Of a stretch of DNA of 64,000 bases, positions 7,335-16,371 are shown piece by piece. Source of the DNA: a virus (taxonomy: Duplodnaviria > Caudoviricetes). The notes beneath the pieces are model-generated. The model searched no databases. It was not told where the DNA came from and saw only the letters and a list, made by a program, of their open reading frames with translations. A program made the position numbers and the translations under genes. The DNA lies in the IMG/VR virus record IMGVR_UViG_3300024331_000070, positions 3,615 to 67,614 of that record. One strand, 5' to 3'. Numbering within the stretch: the stretch's first letter is position 1; each line of letters begins with the position of its first letter.

Positions 7335-7664
7335 TCATGGTCGCGCCGTTTTCATGTTCCGCCGACGAGCCAGATGACGAACAGAATCGCGGCTACGGCT
7401 GCGAGCGTGATCACAATGCGCTGGATCGTGTCGCGGAACGGATCGTGGCGGCGCCTCACATCGACACCATAAACGGAGAGCCCCGCATTGCCATTGCGAG
7501 GCCCTCTCTAAACTCAAACTTTGCAAAATCTGATTTCATGCAGGATTGGAAGCTTTTTGGGGCTACTTCATGGCGACCTCCTGAGTTGCTCGTGGCAACC
7601 GAGCGGGGAATAGTTCGACCGTCACAGTAAATCATAAACGCCCCTTAAGTCTAGAGCTGCCCCA

Positions 7665-7910
7665 TCATCGGTGCGGCTGCAGAGTTGGCAAATGGATACC
7701 GCCGCCAAAGATGCAACCGAACAGAGCGAACAGGAAGTAGACCCCTGCGCACGCGATCACGATCCATAGGATGATCATGAGGACTTGGCCGATCGGCGCA
7801 GGGAACGCAAAGAATGAAATAAACCACGGGATCACGATCCTAATGATCATGATGCCGCCGATCAGGACGATCAGATAAACCCAGAAGTCAGGACTCGTAA
7901 AGCATTGCAT
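7665..7910 (-). CDS. Small two-TM membrane protein
   Basis: 81 aa, two hydrophobic helices; AAGGAG ribosome site. Confidence 0.7.
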   Translation of the reverse strand: MQCFTSPDFWVYLIVLIGGIMIIRIVIPWFISFFAFPAPIGQVLMIILWIVIACAGVYFLFALFGCIFGGGIHLPTLQPHR

Positions 7911-7956
7911 GTTTCATCTCCTTGTTGTAAGTACAAGCCATATACAGGGGGAAACT

Positions 7957-8478
7957 ATGGATACAGTTCGCACATGCTATAAATGCAAGCTCACAAAGAT
8001 ATTGAGCGAATTTGTCAATAGAAAAGACAAACCTCTTGGCAAGGATTACGTGTGTCACGCATGTAATAATAAGATTTTGTCCGATTGGAAACATTCTCAT
8101 CCGGATAGGGTTAGAGAGATAAATCGGGACGGCATGTCGCGGTGGCGTAAAAAGAGTCCTGAAAAAGCCAAAGCAGCATCGTATCGCTGGCGAGAGAAAC
8201 ATCCTCGCCGCTATAGAGACCTTCGTATTAAAGGACGCTATGGCCTTGAAGTCGGGGCATATGATAAGATTCTAGGCGCGCAAGGGGGAGGATGCGCAAT
8301 CTGTAAAAGATCGGAACCAGGAGGACACGGCGGATTCCATGTGGATCATTGCCATATCACTAACAAAGTTAGAGGTCTTCTATGTGCTGCATGCAACCTG
8401 TCGATCGGAAAATTCAAACACGACCCCGCCATCCTTCAAGCAGCGATAGATTATCTAACTCGAAATCCGGACTGGTGA
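7957..8478 (+). CDS. Endonuclease VII-family homing endonuclease
   Basis: CAIC...HVDHCH...VRGLLCAACN; N-terminal CxxC/CxxC; AT-rich and antisense to the late operon. Confidence 0.88.
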   Translation: MDTVRTCYKCKLTKILSEFVNRKDKPLGKDYVCHACNNKILSDWKHSHPDRVREINRDGMSRWRKKSPEKAKAASYRWREKHPRRYRDLRIKGRYGLEVGAYDKILGAQGGGCAICKRSEPGGHGGFHVDHCHITNKVRGLLCAACNLSIGKFKHDPAILQAAIDYLTRNPDW

Positions 8479-8488
8479 AGCAGGCCAT
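8462..8488 (-). repeat. Diverged duplicate of the first 9 codons of gene 7665-7910
   Basis: ATGGCCTGCTTCACCAGTCCGGATTTC (MACFTSPDF) vs ATGCAATGCTTTACGAGTCCTGACTTC (MQCFTSPDF, 7884-7910). Confidence 0.85.
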
Positions 8489-8602
8489 TGTCGTTTTCCT
8501 TTGGTAAGGCAGCCCCGGCTGCCAGGGAGGAAGACCGGGGCCGCTACGCTCTGACGGTGCGCACGGGCAGTGGGGATCGGTTGGCTTCCGTCAGGGCGTG
8601 TT

Positions 8603-9058
8603 TCATGGAACCGCAGAGACCAGCTCGATCGAGGTCAGAGCTTGCGGCTCCTCGGTAATCGTGAACGATATCGAGGCACTGAAATCCTTTCCTCCTGATT
8701 TCAGGGCGACCGATACTACGTCAGTTCCGACCGCCTTGGCATCAAGCGTCGCCGTCATCGCGTCGGGTGCGACGATGAGAGTCGCATCACCGGCCGGATT
8801 GGGCGCGTCCGTCCAAGTTGGAGGCGCATCTACGGCAGGGGCAGCCAGCATCGGATTTCCGTGTTGATCAAGAAACCGAATGCTGATCTCGGTTCCGTGT
8901 CCGACATTCAAGGTAGCCATGATCTCGATCCTTCTATTTGCCAGGCCGAAGCCTCTAAGTTGGCCATTCAGATAGACAAGCATGAAAGTGGGGTTGGCCT
9001 GGCCCCACTTAAGAAACCATTCGAGAATTTCCAGCAGCTCCTTGGCAGGCAGAGTCAT
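8603..9058 (-). CDS. Hypothetical protein with beta-rich (Ig-like?) C-terminal half
   Basis: 151-aa ORF coupled by ATGA overlap to the upstream gene. Confidence 0.6.
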   Translation of the reverse strand: MTLPAKELLEILEWFLKWGQANPTFMLVYLNGQLRGFGLANRRIEIMATLNVGHGTEISIRFLDQHGNPMLAAPAVDAPPTWTDAPNPAGDATLIVAPDAMTATLDAKAVGTDVVSVALKSGGKDFSASISFTITEEPQALTSIELVSAVP

Positions 9059-9207
9059 CTAACTCCTCGAAACGCATTCTTGCGCTTCACGCCCATCTTG
9101 GGACGCTTGGCATTGTTGTAGGCGAGACGACAGGACCCGCTGCAGTATTTGGCGCGAGACATGATTCGTCTCTCGACGGGGGCTCCGCAGTTAAGGCATC
9201 GTTTCAT
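9055..9207 (-). CDS. Small zinc-finger-like protein (50 aa)
   Basis: MKRCLNCG...AKYCSGSCR; read manually, below the ORF track cut-off. Confidence 0.55.
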   Translation of the reverse strand: MKRCLNCGAPVERRIMSRAKYCSGSCRLAYNNAKRPKMGVKRKNAFRGVR

Positions 9208-9346
9208 CGTCCCGCCCTTCCAGCGAGGCGCGGCGACGTTTCTGTTCCACCTCCCACGCCCGGGCGCTGTTTCTCTCGCGCTCCTTCTCCAGGTAGTCCA
9301 AGTGCGATTGGATCGTTGCGACGAAGTAGGCTGCGATGCGTTTCAC
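9191..9346 (-). CDS. Hypothetical 51-aa protein
   Basis: GTG start overlaps the endolysin stop. Confidence 0.4.
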   Translation of the reverse strand: MKRIAAYFVATIQSHLDYLEKERERNSARAWEVEQKRRRASLEGRDDETMP

Positions 9347-10572
9347 GGCGCTGGCCTTCTGATTGCTGAGACCGAAGATTTTGGAATTGCCATCACATTA
9401 ATGGCGTCAGACTGATTTCCGCCGCGGCACATATAGTTTACCCCGCTCGTGCTCTCATAAAGCGTGACATGGTGCCCGCCGGATGACCACTGGACGCAGA
9501 TGATGTCGCCCGGCTTGGGCTCACTCACAGCGACGCCGAACTGCCGCCATGAGTCGGCCCACAGGAATTTATCGGTGTCGGTCGCGCCGAATTGCGGACG
9601 TATGCCAGCACTCGCCATGCAGTAGGCGACGGTCAGACCACACCACGCGATCGAGTCGTGCGTGTAACGGGCGCAGTAGGCCGACATCTCCGGGTATTTC
9701 TTGGCGATGAAAGCGGCGAACCCTAGAATGACCGGGTTGTCGTGCCCCTCATGCGTGCCGGTGACCGTTCGCATAGCAGCGAGCCACGGGGGAACACCGT
9801 CTGCCGGCGCAATGACGGGAGGCTTTGGCTGCGGCGCCTGGGAAGCCAGCGCAAGAGCTTCCTTGCGGACATCCACAACGCGACTCGTCCAACCCTTGCC
9901 GAACCTGCCCCATGTCGAAAAACCTTGCAGGAATGCAAGACGGCGGTCGCAGAACTGACCGACGAGGCTGACCGGATCGACCTTCGCCGTCGCCGCTATC
10001 GTGTCCGGGCCGACTTCGCCATCTTGGTCCGTGCCAACGAGCACTTGCAGGAATTTCGCCGAGCGGCTGACCCCTGAATTGACGCCGAAGTCGAAGACCG
10101 CGAGGTCGACGCCTGGCGGGAGGCTGTCACACCAGAGTGCGTTCCAGTATTGCTCTTTGTAGATCGCAAGGACTTGATCTTGGGGCGCTTCCCAAACGTC
10201 GGCCGGGAGACCGGGATGGGAATTTCGCCACGTATCCCATTCACGCTGAAGGATTCCCCGAGAAGTTCGCCCTCCGGGGTCTTGGGGGTCGTCGTCGTTG
10301 CCGCCTTCGTATTTGAGGACAAGGGCGACACATCGGTCAAAGTCGCTTCCGGCGGGCGGGACCGGGGTAACGGGGGGGATAATGACTGGGGGCTTGACGG
10401 GAGGAACATCAACAGGCCCAGGCTTAACGGGGGGAGTGCCAGGAGGCCCCACAGAGACGGGTGGAATCTGCGCGCGGTCACGGGCATAGATCAGATACCA
10501 TTGCACCAGCCCCATGACAAAGATCGTCGCCAAGTAGGCGATCAGAGGCACCGTCATAGTTTCAATGTTCAC
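9343..10572 (-). CDS. Modular endolysin: N-terminal TM, GH108 muramidase, PG-binding domain, CHAP/NlpC-like C-terminal domain
   Basis: YEGGNDDDPQDPGGRTSRGI; FDFGVNSG; FGKGWTSRV; AWCG...PGDII...HHV...GGNQSD. Confidence 0.9.
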   Translation of the reverse strand: MNIETMTVPLIAYLATIFVMGLVQWYLIYARDRAQIPPVSVGPPGTPPVKPGPVDVPPVKPPVIIPPVTPVPPAGSDFDRCVALVLKYEGGNDDDPQDPGGRTSRGILQREWDTWRNSHPGLPADVWEAPQDQVLAIYKEQYWNALWCDSLPPGVDLAVFDFGVNSGVSRSAKFLQVLVGTDQDGEVGPDTIAATAKVDPVSLVGQFCDRRLAFLQGFSTWGRFGKGWTSRVVDVRKEALALASQAPQPKPPVIAPADGVPPWLAAMRTVTGTHEGHDNPVILGFAAFIAKKYPEMSAYCARYTHDSIAWCGLTVAYCMASAGIRPQFGATDTDKFLWADSWRQFGVAVSEPKPGDIICVQWSSGGHHVTLYESTSGVNYMCRGGNQSDAINVMAIPKSSVSAIRRPAP

Positions 10573-10844
10573 GGGAACGTCTTCCCCGATGCGGGCTCAG
10601 CCTGCGGCCTGAGGTTCGAGACCAGAGCGGCGAAGTCGGCCACCGGATTTCCCGTCAAGTGCAGCAGCGCTGCTGCTCCGATCTGACCCGTGGCCTGTTG
10701 GACCGCCGTGTCTGGATGCACGCCGGCCGCGATCTTCGCCGTGATGTCGGCGAGGATTTTCTGGATCAGCGCCTGGAATGCCTGGCTCTGCAAGAGCTGC
10801 GCGAGAAGCGGCTGGATGGCTGACCAAACGACTTGGAAGTTCAT
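10569..10844 (-). CDS. Small helical lysis-region protein
   Basis: 91 aa, coupled to the endolysin start. Confidence 0.6.
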   Translation of the reverse strand: MNFQVVWSAIQPLLAQLLQSQAFQALIQKILADITAKIAAGVHPDTAVQQATGQIGAAALLHLTGNPVADFAALVSNLRPQAEPASGKTFP

Positions 10845-10845
10845 G

Positions 10846-11166
10846 TTATTTCCTCATGCTGGGTGGGACGTAGGTCGGCGCAGCCACGACAACCGATGGA
10901 ATAGTCGGATCGGAGGCGAGTCGCTGGAGATCGGGCGCCGCGGACGACGTGATCTCGATCGGCTTCACGCCGGGAATGACCCCGGCCGTCTGCACGACCT
11001 TGCTGTCGCTGTGGATGAACAATCCCCAAAGAAGCGGGACGAGCGTCGCTGCGGCACCAGCAATCGTGGTCGCCGTGCTCGAATTTATCAGCCCGTTCGT
11101 GGCCGCAGCGGAGCCGATCAGGCCAACTCCTGTGGTGATCCACGAAATCCATGTGTTTTGGTTCAT
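10846..11166 (-). CDS. Putative holin
   Basis: Two N-terminal hydrophobic segments; two genes upstream of the endolysin. Confidence 0.6.
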   Translation of the reverse strand: MNQNTWISWITTGVGLIGSAAATNGLINSSTATTIAGAAATLVPLLWGLFIHSDSKVVQTAGVIPGVKPIEITSSAAPDLQRLASDPTIPSVVVAAPTYVPPSMRK

Positions 11167-11186
11167 TTCGGTTTGTCTCCTTTCTC

Positions 11187-11477
11187 TCAGGCCGCTTTTT
11201 CGGCCGGAAGATCACGTGGCTGAAACGTTTGCGGCCCCGGCAGCGCTATGATTTCGGTGGTCCGTCCGAACGCATTCTCGATGATCACCTTGTCGCAGAC
11301 GGGCGGCCAGCCGTCGCCGCGTTTCAGGTCGGGATCAACGACATCAAGCCGGAAGTCGTCGCGCGCATCTTTCATATGGATGGTGATTTCCGCGCCGCCA
11401 TCATCGCGCAAAATGGTGAAGCTCTCTGCGGCGTGTATGGTAAAGCGCGACCCGCGATAGGCTTTTACTGTGAACAT
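11187..11477 (-). CDS. Hypothetical protein (MFTVKAYRG...)
   Basis: Internal ATG with AAGGAAG ribosome site in ORF 11187-11861. Confidence 0.6.
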   Translation of the reverse strand: MFTVKAYRGSRFTIHAAESFTILRDDGGAEITIHMKDARDDFRLDVVDPDLKRGDGWPPVCDKVIIENAFGRTTEIIALPGPQTFQPRDLPAEKAA

Positions 11478-11641
11478 GCTGCTGCTTCCTTCTGACGATT
11501 TGCCCAGTGCCGCCGGGCGCGGATCAGAGGATCGAAACGATCCAAGCGGATGAGCATAGCTATCGCTACCAGGAACAGGAGCGCGAACGGCGCGCCGATG
11601 GCGAGGACGGCCGGGATGCCGTTCTGCGGGGCGAGCCCCAT
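11465..11641 (-). CDS. Small membrane protein
   Basis: One TM followed by a basic tail. Confidence 0.45.
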   Translation of the reverse strand: MGLAPQNGIPAVLAIGAPFALLFLVAIAMLIRLDRFDPLIRARRHWANRQKEAAACSQ

Positions 11642-12051
11642 CACGCACCCGATGGCCAGAAGTAGCAAAGCACCTTGTCGTTGTGATCGATGAACAGCAC
11701 CCCATGTCCCGTTGGGTTCGGTGGCGCCCATCTAATCTGATCGTCGGTGACGTAGAATCGATGCTGGTCCGGGAGGTCTCTCCGGCAACTGTGAACCAGT
11801 TCTCCAGCGCCGTCGTCCTCGGAGTAGTCGAGGGAGTCCCAGCAGACGGGATCTCCGTCATCGGTGACGATCACCCAGACTCCGCCGTCGCGCGTGTTCT
11901 CGAAGAGGTCGGCCTCGAAGCCGTCGGCCAGCGAGCAGCACTTCTGGACCGGGGCCTCGTTGAACCATTTCTGCATCTGCGGGTCGTCGGACCAGCCAGC
12001 GGCGTTCGCTGGTCCGGCGAGCAGCAGCAGCGCAAGCAATGCTTTTCTCAT
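11641..12051 (-). CDS. Exported Cys-containing protein
   Basis: Signal peptide MRKALLALLLLAGPANA; KCCSLAD motif. Confidence 0.75.
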   Translation of the reverse strand: MRKALLALLLLAGPANAAGWSDDPQMQKWFNEAPVQKCCSLADGFEADLFENTRDGGVWVIVTDDGDPVCWDSLDYSEDDGAGELVHSCRRDLPDQHRFYVTDDQIRWAPPNPTGHGVLFIDHNDKVLCYFWPSGA

Positions 12052-12308
12052 TGAGGCTGGGCCTCCGGGTGGGCTTCGGTCTTAGGCAGCTTTGCCTCAG
12101 CCTCGGCGAGCTTCTTCTTCAGGCTGGCGATCTCCGCCAAGAACTGCGTCGCATAGGCCTGCGCCTGTTCGCTGTCGGAGAGGAAGCGGAAGCGCTGGGC
12201 TTGGCAGACGCCGAGCTGGACGGCAGGGTCGAGTGGAGGAAGTTGCTGGGCCAGGGCTGGGGTGCCAAAGCCACACAGCGTAAGGATGATCCACTTTTTC
12301 ATTGCCAT
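12048..12308 (-). CDS. Exported coiled-coil protein (spanin-like?)
   Basis: Signal peptide MKKWIILTLCGFGTPALA; EIASLKKKLAEAEAKL. Confidence 0.6.
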   Translation of the reverse strand: MAMKKWIILTLCGFGTPALAQQLPPLDPAVQLGVCQAQRFRFLSDSEQAQAYATQFLAEIASLKKKLAEAEAKLPKTEAHPEAQPQ

Positions 12309-14215
12309 GTCACCAATGCTGCAGCAGCGGGAGTTTTGGGCTGCTTCCATGCGCCGCCTAAATACATCCAGAGCTGACTGTTTGTCGTGTCTACGTAGAT
12401 CGGCACGTAACCGGAACGCGCTGTCGGCACCCCCGTCGGCGTACCAGCTCCAGACGAGACATACATAAATCCGTCCGTGGCATTGGTGGCGATTGAGCCA
12501 AGCCCGACGGCGACGGTTCCAGTGTTCGTGCTGCCTTGGACGACGCCTCCGATATTCAACGAATTGGCGGTCCCGGCCGCAGCGGTGTCGATATTATAAC
12601 CAATGATGATATTGGCGCTGCCGGTCGTTAAAGAGGCGCAAGTGCTGCCCCCGATGCAGACGTTCTGATTTGCGCTGGTAACCGCTGGGGCCGCGTTATA
12701 GCCAATGGCCACGTTGGTCGATCCGTCGTGAATCGCCATGAGCGCCTGAAATCCGACGGCGACATTATTATTACCGTTGTGGAGCGAATTTCCCGGCATG
12801 ACGAACGCGGTGCCGAGACTCGAAGCGCCAACCGATGTATTTCCAGATCCGGTATTTGGCACGCTGCCATTCGCAGGCTCGGCGCCGTCGTCGCCATATT
12901 GAGACTGGAACCCAACCGCGGTGTTGTTCGATCCGCCTGTATTGTAGACCCCGGAGACGCTGCCTACCGAAGTGTTGCCAGTACCGAGACCATTGAAAAG
13001 GCCGCCCTCGAATCCGAGGCCAGTATTATTGCTTGCGGTCGTCTGGCCGTTCAAGGCCGACTGCCCCAGCGCCACGTTTCGGTTTCCTGAAATATGCAAC
13101 TGCATAGCCTGAAAACCGAGCGCCATGTTCTGGGATGCGGTCGTGTTGGAATTAAGCGCCTGGAAACCCATCGCAATGTTCGAGCCACCGGTCGTATTGG
13201 CCGTCATCACGTTCGAGCCGATCGCGACGTTCTGCGTGCCGGTAGTATTCGCTGCTAGCGTTTCGAACCCTAAGCCGATGTTGTCCGTACCGGTTGTATT
13301 GGCACCCAGATTAAAGAAACCCAGCGCAGTGTTGTTGCCGCCGGTCGTGTTGGCGGCGAGGTTGGAGCCTCCAAGAGACGTGTTGAAATTTCCCGTGGTG
13401 TTGTGCGAAAGACCACTCAATCCTACGGCGGTATTCTGGGTTCCGGTTGTATTGGCCGCCAGCGCCAAAGACCCTATTGCGACGTTATTGCTGGCGGTCA
13501 TGTTGGCGGCCAGGGCATTCGAGCCAATGGCCACGTTGTCGCTGCCGGTCGTGTTGACCGCAAGGCTGGAGGTCCCTACGGCGACATTCGTCCCGCCTGT
13601 TGTATTGGCCTGCAGCGCCTCGAACCCGACGGCGGTGTTGGATGCCCCGGTTGTGTTTGCGCCCAGGGCATTGAAGCCGATGCCTGTGTTCTGGCTGGCC
13701 GTGGTATTCGCGTTAAGGGCTGAGGCGCCGATTCCGGTGTTGAACGATCCAGTCGTGTTGGTGGCGAGGGCGCCAAAGCCAAATCCAGCGTTCTTCGAGC
13801 CTTCGCTGTTGCTGGCAAGGGCATCCCACCCAAAGGCACTGTTGCTCGCTCCGGAGGTCGTGCCTTTGAGAGCCTGGAAACCGACGGCTGTGTTCTGAAT
13901 AGCACCTGTTGTGAGGACGCCTGAAAGAGAAAGGTATCCTAGAGCGGTGTTGTTATAGAACGCCGCCACGGTCTGAGAAACGAGCGAGTTCTTACCTATC
14001 CCTATACTGGCGCCGCTTGCGGTGGAATCGATCGGGGTCGTGATGAGACCGCCCCCGGTCGCAGCCTGAACAAATGCCGTAGATGCCGCTTGGTTATTGT
14101 TTGTTCCTAGTGGCGCAGTTGGAACGATACAGTTTGGGTTAGCTGGGCCGCATCCCTGAGCAATAGCTAAGGAGGATTGCAGAAGGACGGCAACGGCCAC
14201 AAGAAAACGTCTCAT
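12299..14215 (-). CDS. Tail-fibre/adhesin-like protein with YadA-head-type 14-aa repeats and a signal peptide
   Basis: Start MRRFLVAVAVLLQSSLAIA-Q after AGGAAG; many NTAVGxxALxxNTTG repeats; C-terminal ATNATDGF...DTTNSQLWMYLGGAWK. Confidence 0.85.
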   Translation of the reverse strand: MRRFLVAVAVLLQSSLAIAQGCGPANPNCIVPTAPLGTNNNQAASTAFVQAATGGGLITTPIDSTASGASIGIGKNSLVSQTVAAFYNNTALGYLSLSGVLTTGAIQNTAVGFQALKGTTSGASNSAFGWDALASNSEGSKNAGFGFGALATNTTGSFNTGIGASALNANTTASQNTGIGFNALGANTTGASNTAVGFEALQANTTGGTNVAVGTSSLAVNTTGSDNVAIGSNALAANMTASNNVAIGSLALAANTTGTQNTAVGLSGLSHNTTGNFNTSLGGSNLAANTTGGNNTALGFFNLGANTTGTDNIGLGFETLAANTTGTQNVAIGSNVMTANTTGGSNIAMGFQALNSNTTASQNMALGFQAMQLHISGNRNVALGQSALNGQTTASNNTGLGFEGGLFNGLGTGNTSVGSVSGVYNTGGSNNTAVGFQSQYGDDGAEPANGSVPNTGSGNTSVGASSLGTAFVMPGNSLHNGNNNVAVGFQALMAIHDGSTNVAIGYNAAPAVTSANQNVCIGGSTCASLTTGSANIIIGYNIDTAAAGTANSLNIGGVVQGSTNTGTVAVGLGSIATNATDGFMYVSSGAGTPTGVPTARSGYVPIYVDTTNSQLWMYLGGAWKQPKTPAAAALVTWQ

Positions 14216-14229
14216 TGAATTCTTCCTGA

Positions 14230-15741
14230 TCAAGGCAGCACCGCGGCTCCGCCGTAGTTTGTGAAAGAGTTGGATGACAACACCACACCACCATGCGCGA
14301 TCGGATGGCAGCGCACGGTGTCTCCCACCTGCGGGGACATCGACATCGCGATAACCCCGCCGCCATTGCCAGCATCGATGATGCCGCTGATCGTCCCGAT
14401 CTGCTCCAAGGTCTGACCAGACTTGATCAGGCTGATCTGTCCGCCCGGTTTGATGCAGTGGGTGAAGTTCCTGTTTGCTGCGACGGTCAAGTCTGGCATC
14501 GAGATTTGGCTTGAGCCTGGCACGACCGTCGTTCCGTCCACAGGAAGATCGAGATTGAGCGAGGCGCCGATCGGAATGGACGTGCCGCCGCCTCCATTGA
14601 ATATCGAGTTCGCTATCGACAGCAGGTCGGTCGGAAAACTGATGTTGAGATTTATCGTCGGAGGATAGTTCACCGAGACATTCGGCGCATTGAATGTCAC
14701 GCCGGAATAGAAGGCCTGTCGGGGCGCGCAGATCGCCATCTGCATGCTGCCGCCGGTATAGCGCAGCGTGTCGACGCCGGAGCACTCGTTGAGGCCGTTG
14801 TCGATCGTCGTGTCCGTGAAGTCGACCTCGGTGAGAAGCTTGTCGACCTCGGATGCGAAGAAATGCGAGCCGGATACGATGACCAGCGGCGATTGAGAAG
14901 GAACGAACTCGCTCACGGTAACGTTCTTCAGCGTCGCCTGCGCAGTTCCCTGAACCAGCAGGAATTGGTGTGACTTGAATAGTGGATCGTTTGGCCCCGG
15001 ACCGTCTGTCGATCGTCGAGCATTCGGATTGTCCAGCATCGTGACGTTCTCTATGTAGATGGATTCGGAGAACGGCACCGGAGAGAATCCGTCGATCGGA
15101 TAGATGCGAGCCGCGCCGGCGAGGATGGGTGGTTGCGCGGACGCTTCCGGGAACGTGTCGCTGTGCGCATGCGCCAGCGGTCGGTCGAGAGTGATCACGG
15201 CGCCATTGACAGACGCAATCTTGGCGTAATCGAAATAGCGCGCGTTGGGCGGGTATCCCCCTTCGATCTGCTGATTGTAGGAGTAAACGACTGCCCATTT
15301 CCCCGGCACGAAGCTGGCCGCGTTGGTGGCATCCTTGAGCGTGACAGAGGTCGCGCCGACCGCCGCCGCCTGAATGAAAATGTTGATCGTCGGTATATGC
15401 AGCGGCGCGTCGATCGCCTCGGTCTCGAACAAGCTGCGATTGATGATGAGCGGATACGCGGCGGCGGAACCTGACGTGGCAAAGGATGCCATGTTCTGTA
15501 GGCTGGCCCCGTTGCCGAGAACCTTCAGATTGCGAATGCCCCACGTCCACCGATTGCTGGTGTACATGTAGCAGGCGCCAGCCCGCAGGTTGATCGTCAG
15601 CGGAGACGTGTTTGTTGCCTGCGTTGAGATCAGGCTGTTGCGCATAGCCAGAAGCGCCGACGTATCGTCCGCTATGCAATTGCCGGCAGCGCCGAATTGC
15701 TCTGGAGTGACGACGGTTGGCGCCGAAGCGCCGTCACTCAT
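14230..15741 (-). CDS. Tailspike-like parallel beta-helix protein (pectate-lyase-3-like start)
   Basis: VTPEQFGAAGNCIADDTSAL...; ATG overlaps the upstream TGA. Confidence 0.75.
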   Translation of the reverse strand: MSDGASAPTVVTPEQFGAAGNCIADDTSALLAMRNSLISTQATNTSPLTINLRAGACYMYTSNRWTWGIRNLKVLGNGASLQNMASFATSGSAAAYPLIINRSLFETEAIDAPLHIPTINIFIQAAAVGATSVTLKDATNAASFVPGKWAVVYSYNQQIEGGYPPNARYFDYAKIASVNGAVITLDRPLAHAHSDTFPEASAQPPILAGAARIYPIDGFSPVPFSESIYIENVTMLDNPNARRSTDGPGPNDPLFKSHQFLLVQGTAQATLKNVTVSEFVPSQSPLVIVSGSHFFASEVDKLLTEVDFTDTTIDNGLNECSGVDTLRYTGGSMQMAICAPRQAFYSGVTFNAPNVSVNYPPTINLNISFPTDLLSIANSIFNGGGGTSIPIGASLNLDLPVDGTTVVPGSSQISMPDLTVAANRNFTHCIKPGGQISLIKSGQTLEQIGTISGIIDAGNGGGVIAMSMSPQVGDTVRCHPIAHGGVVLSSNSFTNYGGAAVLP

Positions 15742-16364
15742 TTTCCCGCGAGAGTCCAGTTCGATCCATTGTACCAGACGAGCAGCTTGAGGGCGCCCCC
15801 GCCTCCGGTCACATTCGTCCCGAATGTGGTGCAGGTGGTATCGGCGCAATTGGCTGCGAGTCCATCGGTCAGGTAAGTGACCGTTCCGGCCGTTGCCGTC
15901 GGCAATGAGGCGAAAGCAACGCCCGTCGAGAGATGCCCGAGGCCGCCCACCACGCCGTTGAAAGACGCCAGATTGTTGGCTGCGGTAGAGAGATTGAAAT
16001 TTTGCGTGTTGCCGTTGTTCTGGAACTGCACAACCCCACTGGAGGAACTTGTCAGTTTGGTCCCATTACCCCAGATATAGGTTCCACCGTTAGGAATCTG
16101 GATGCTTCCATTGGCTCCGCCTAAAAGAATGGAAGATTGTACGGTAAAGACACCACCAACTGTAACTGCTCCAGACGCGCCAGCGGTCTTCGTCAGTCCG
16201 GCATCGCAGCCGGGCACGCCGTTGTTGTTGAACAGCACCCCCGTCGTCGATGTGCACCCTGAGATAACCGTAGAGCCGATGACGAGGGAGGAAGAGCCAC
16301 CCATGGTCTGGGCATTGGCGGCGCCACACAGCAGGACCGCAAGGAAATAGAGAAACCAGCGCAT
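15738..16364 (-). CDS. Fibre-like accessory protein with signal peptide
   Basis: MRWFLYFLAVLLCGAANA-Q; C-terminal FASLP...YLTDG...VTGGGG...WYNGSNW fibre module. Confidence 0.75.
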   Translation of the reverse strand: MRWFLYFLAVLLCGAANAQTMGGSSSLVIGSTVISGCTSTTGVLFNNNGVPGCDAGLTKTAGASGAVTVGGVFTVQSSILLGGANGSIQIPNGGTYIWGNGTKLTSSSSGVVQFQNNGNTQNFNLSTAANNLASFNGVVGGLGHLSTGVAFASLPTATAGTVTYLTDGLAANCADTTCTTFGTNVTGGGGALKLLVWYNGSNWTLAGK

Positions 16365-16371
16365 GGCGGGC

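Noticed and set aside
7337-7630. 97-aa plus-strand ORF
   Set aside because: No recognisable motif or ribosome site; not supportable
12900-13900. Periodic repeats as a CRISPR array or DNA repeat element
   Set aside because: They are degenerate 42-nt coding repeats of the 14-aa beta-roll; no constant repeat with unique spacers and no cas genes anywhere in the window
14216-15679. N-terminal 488 aa of the 1126-aa ORF 12299-15679
   Set aside because: Shadow frame of the beta-helix gene; the real start is the ATG at 14215 with its own ribosome site
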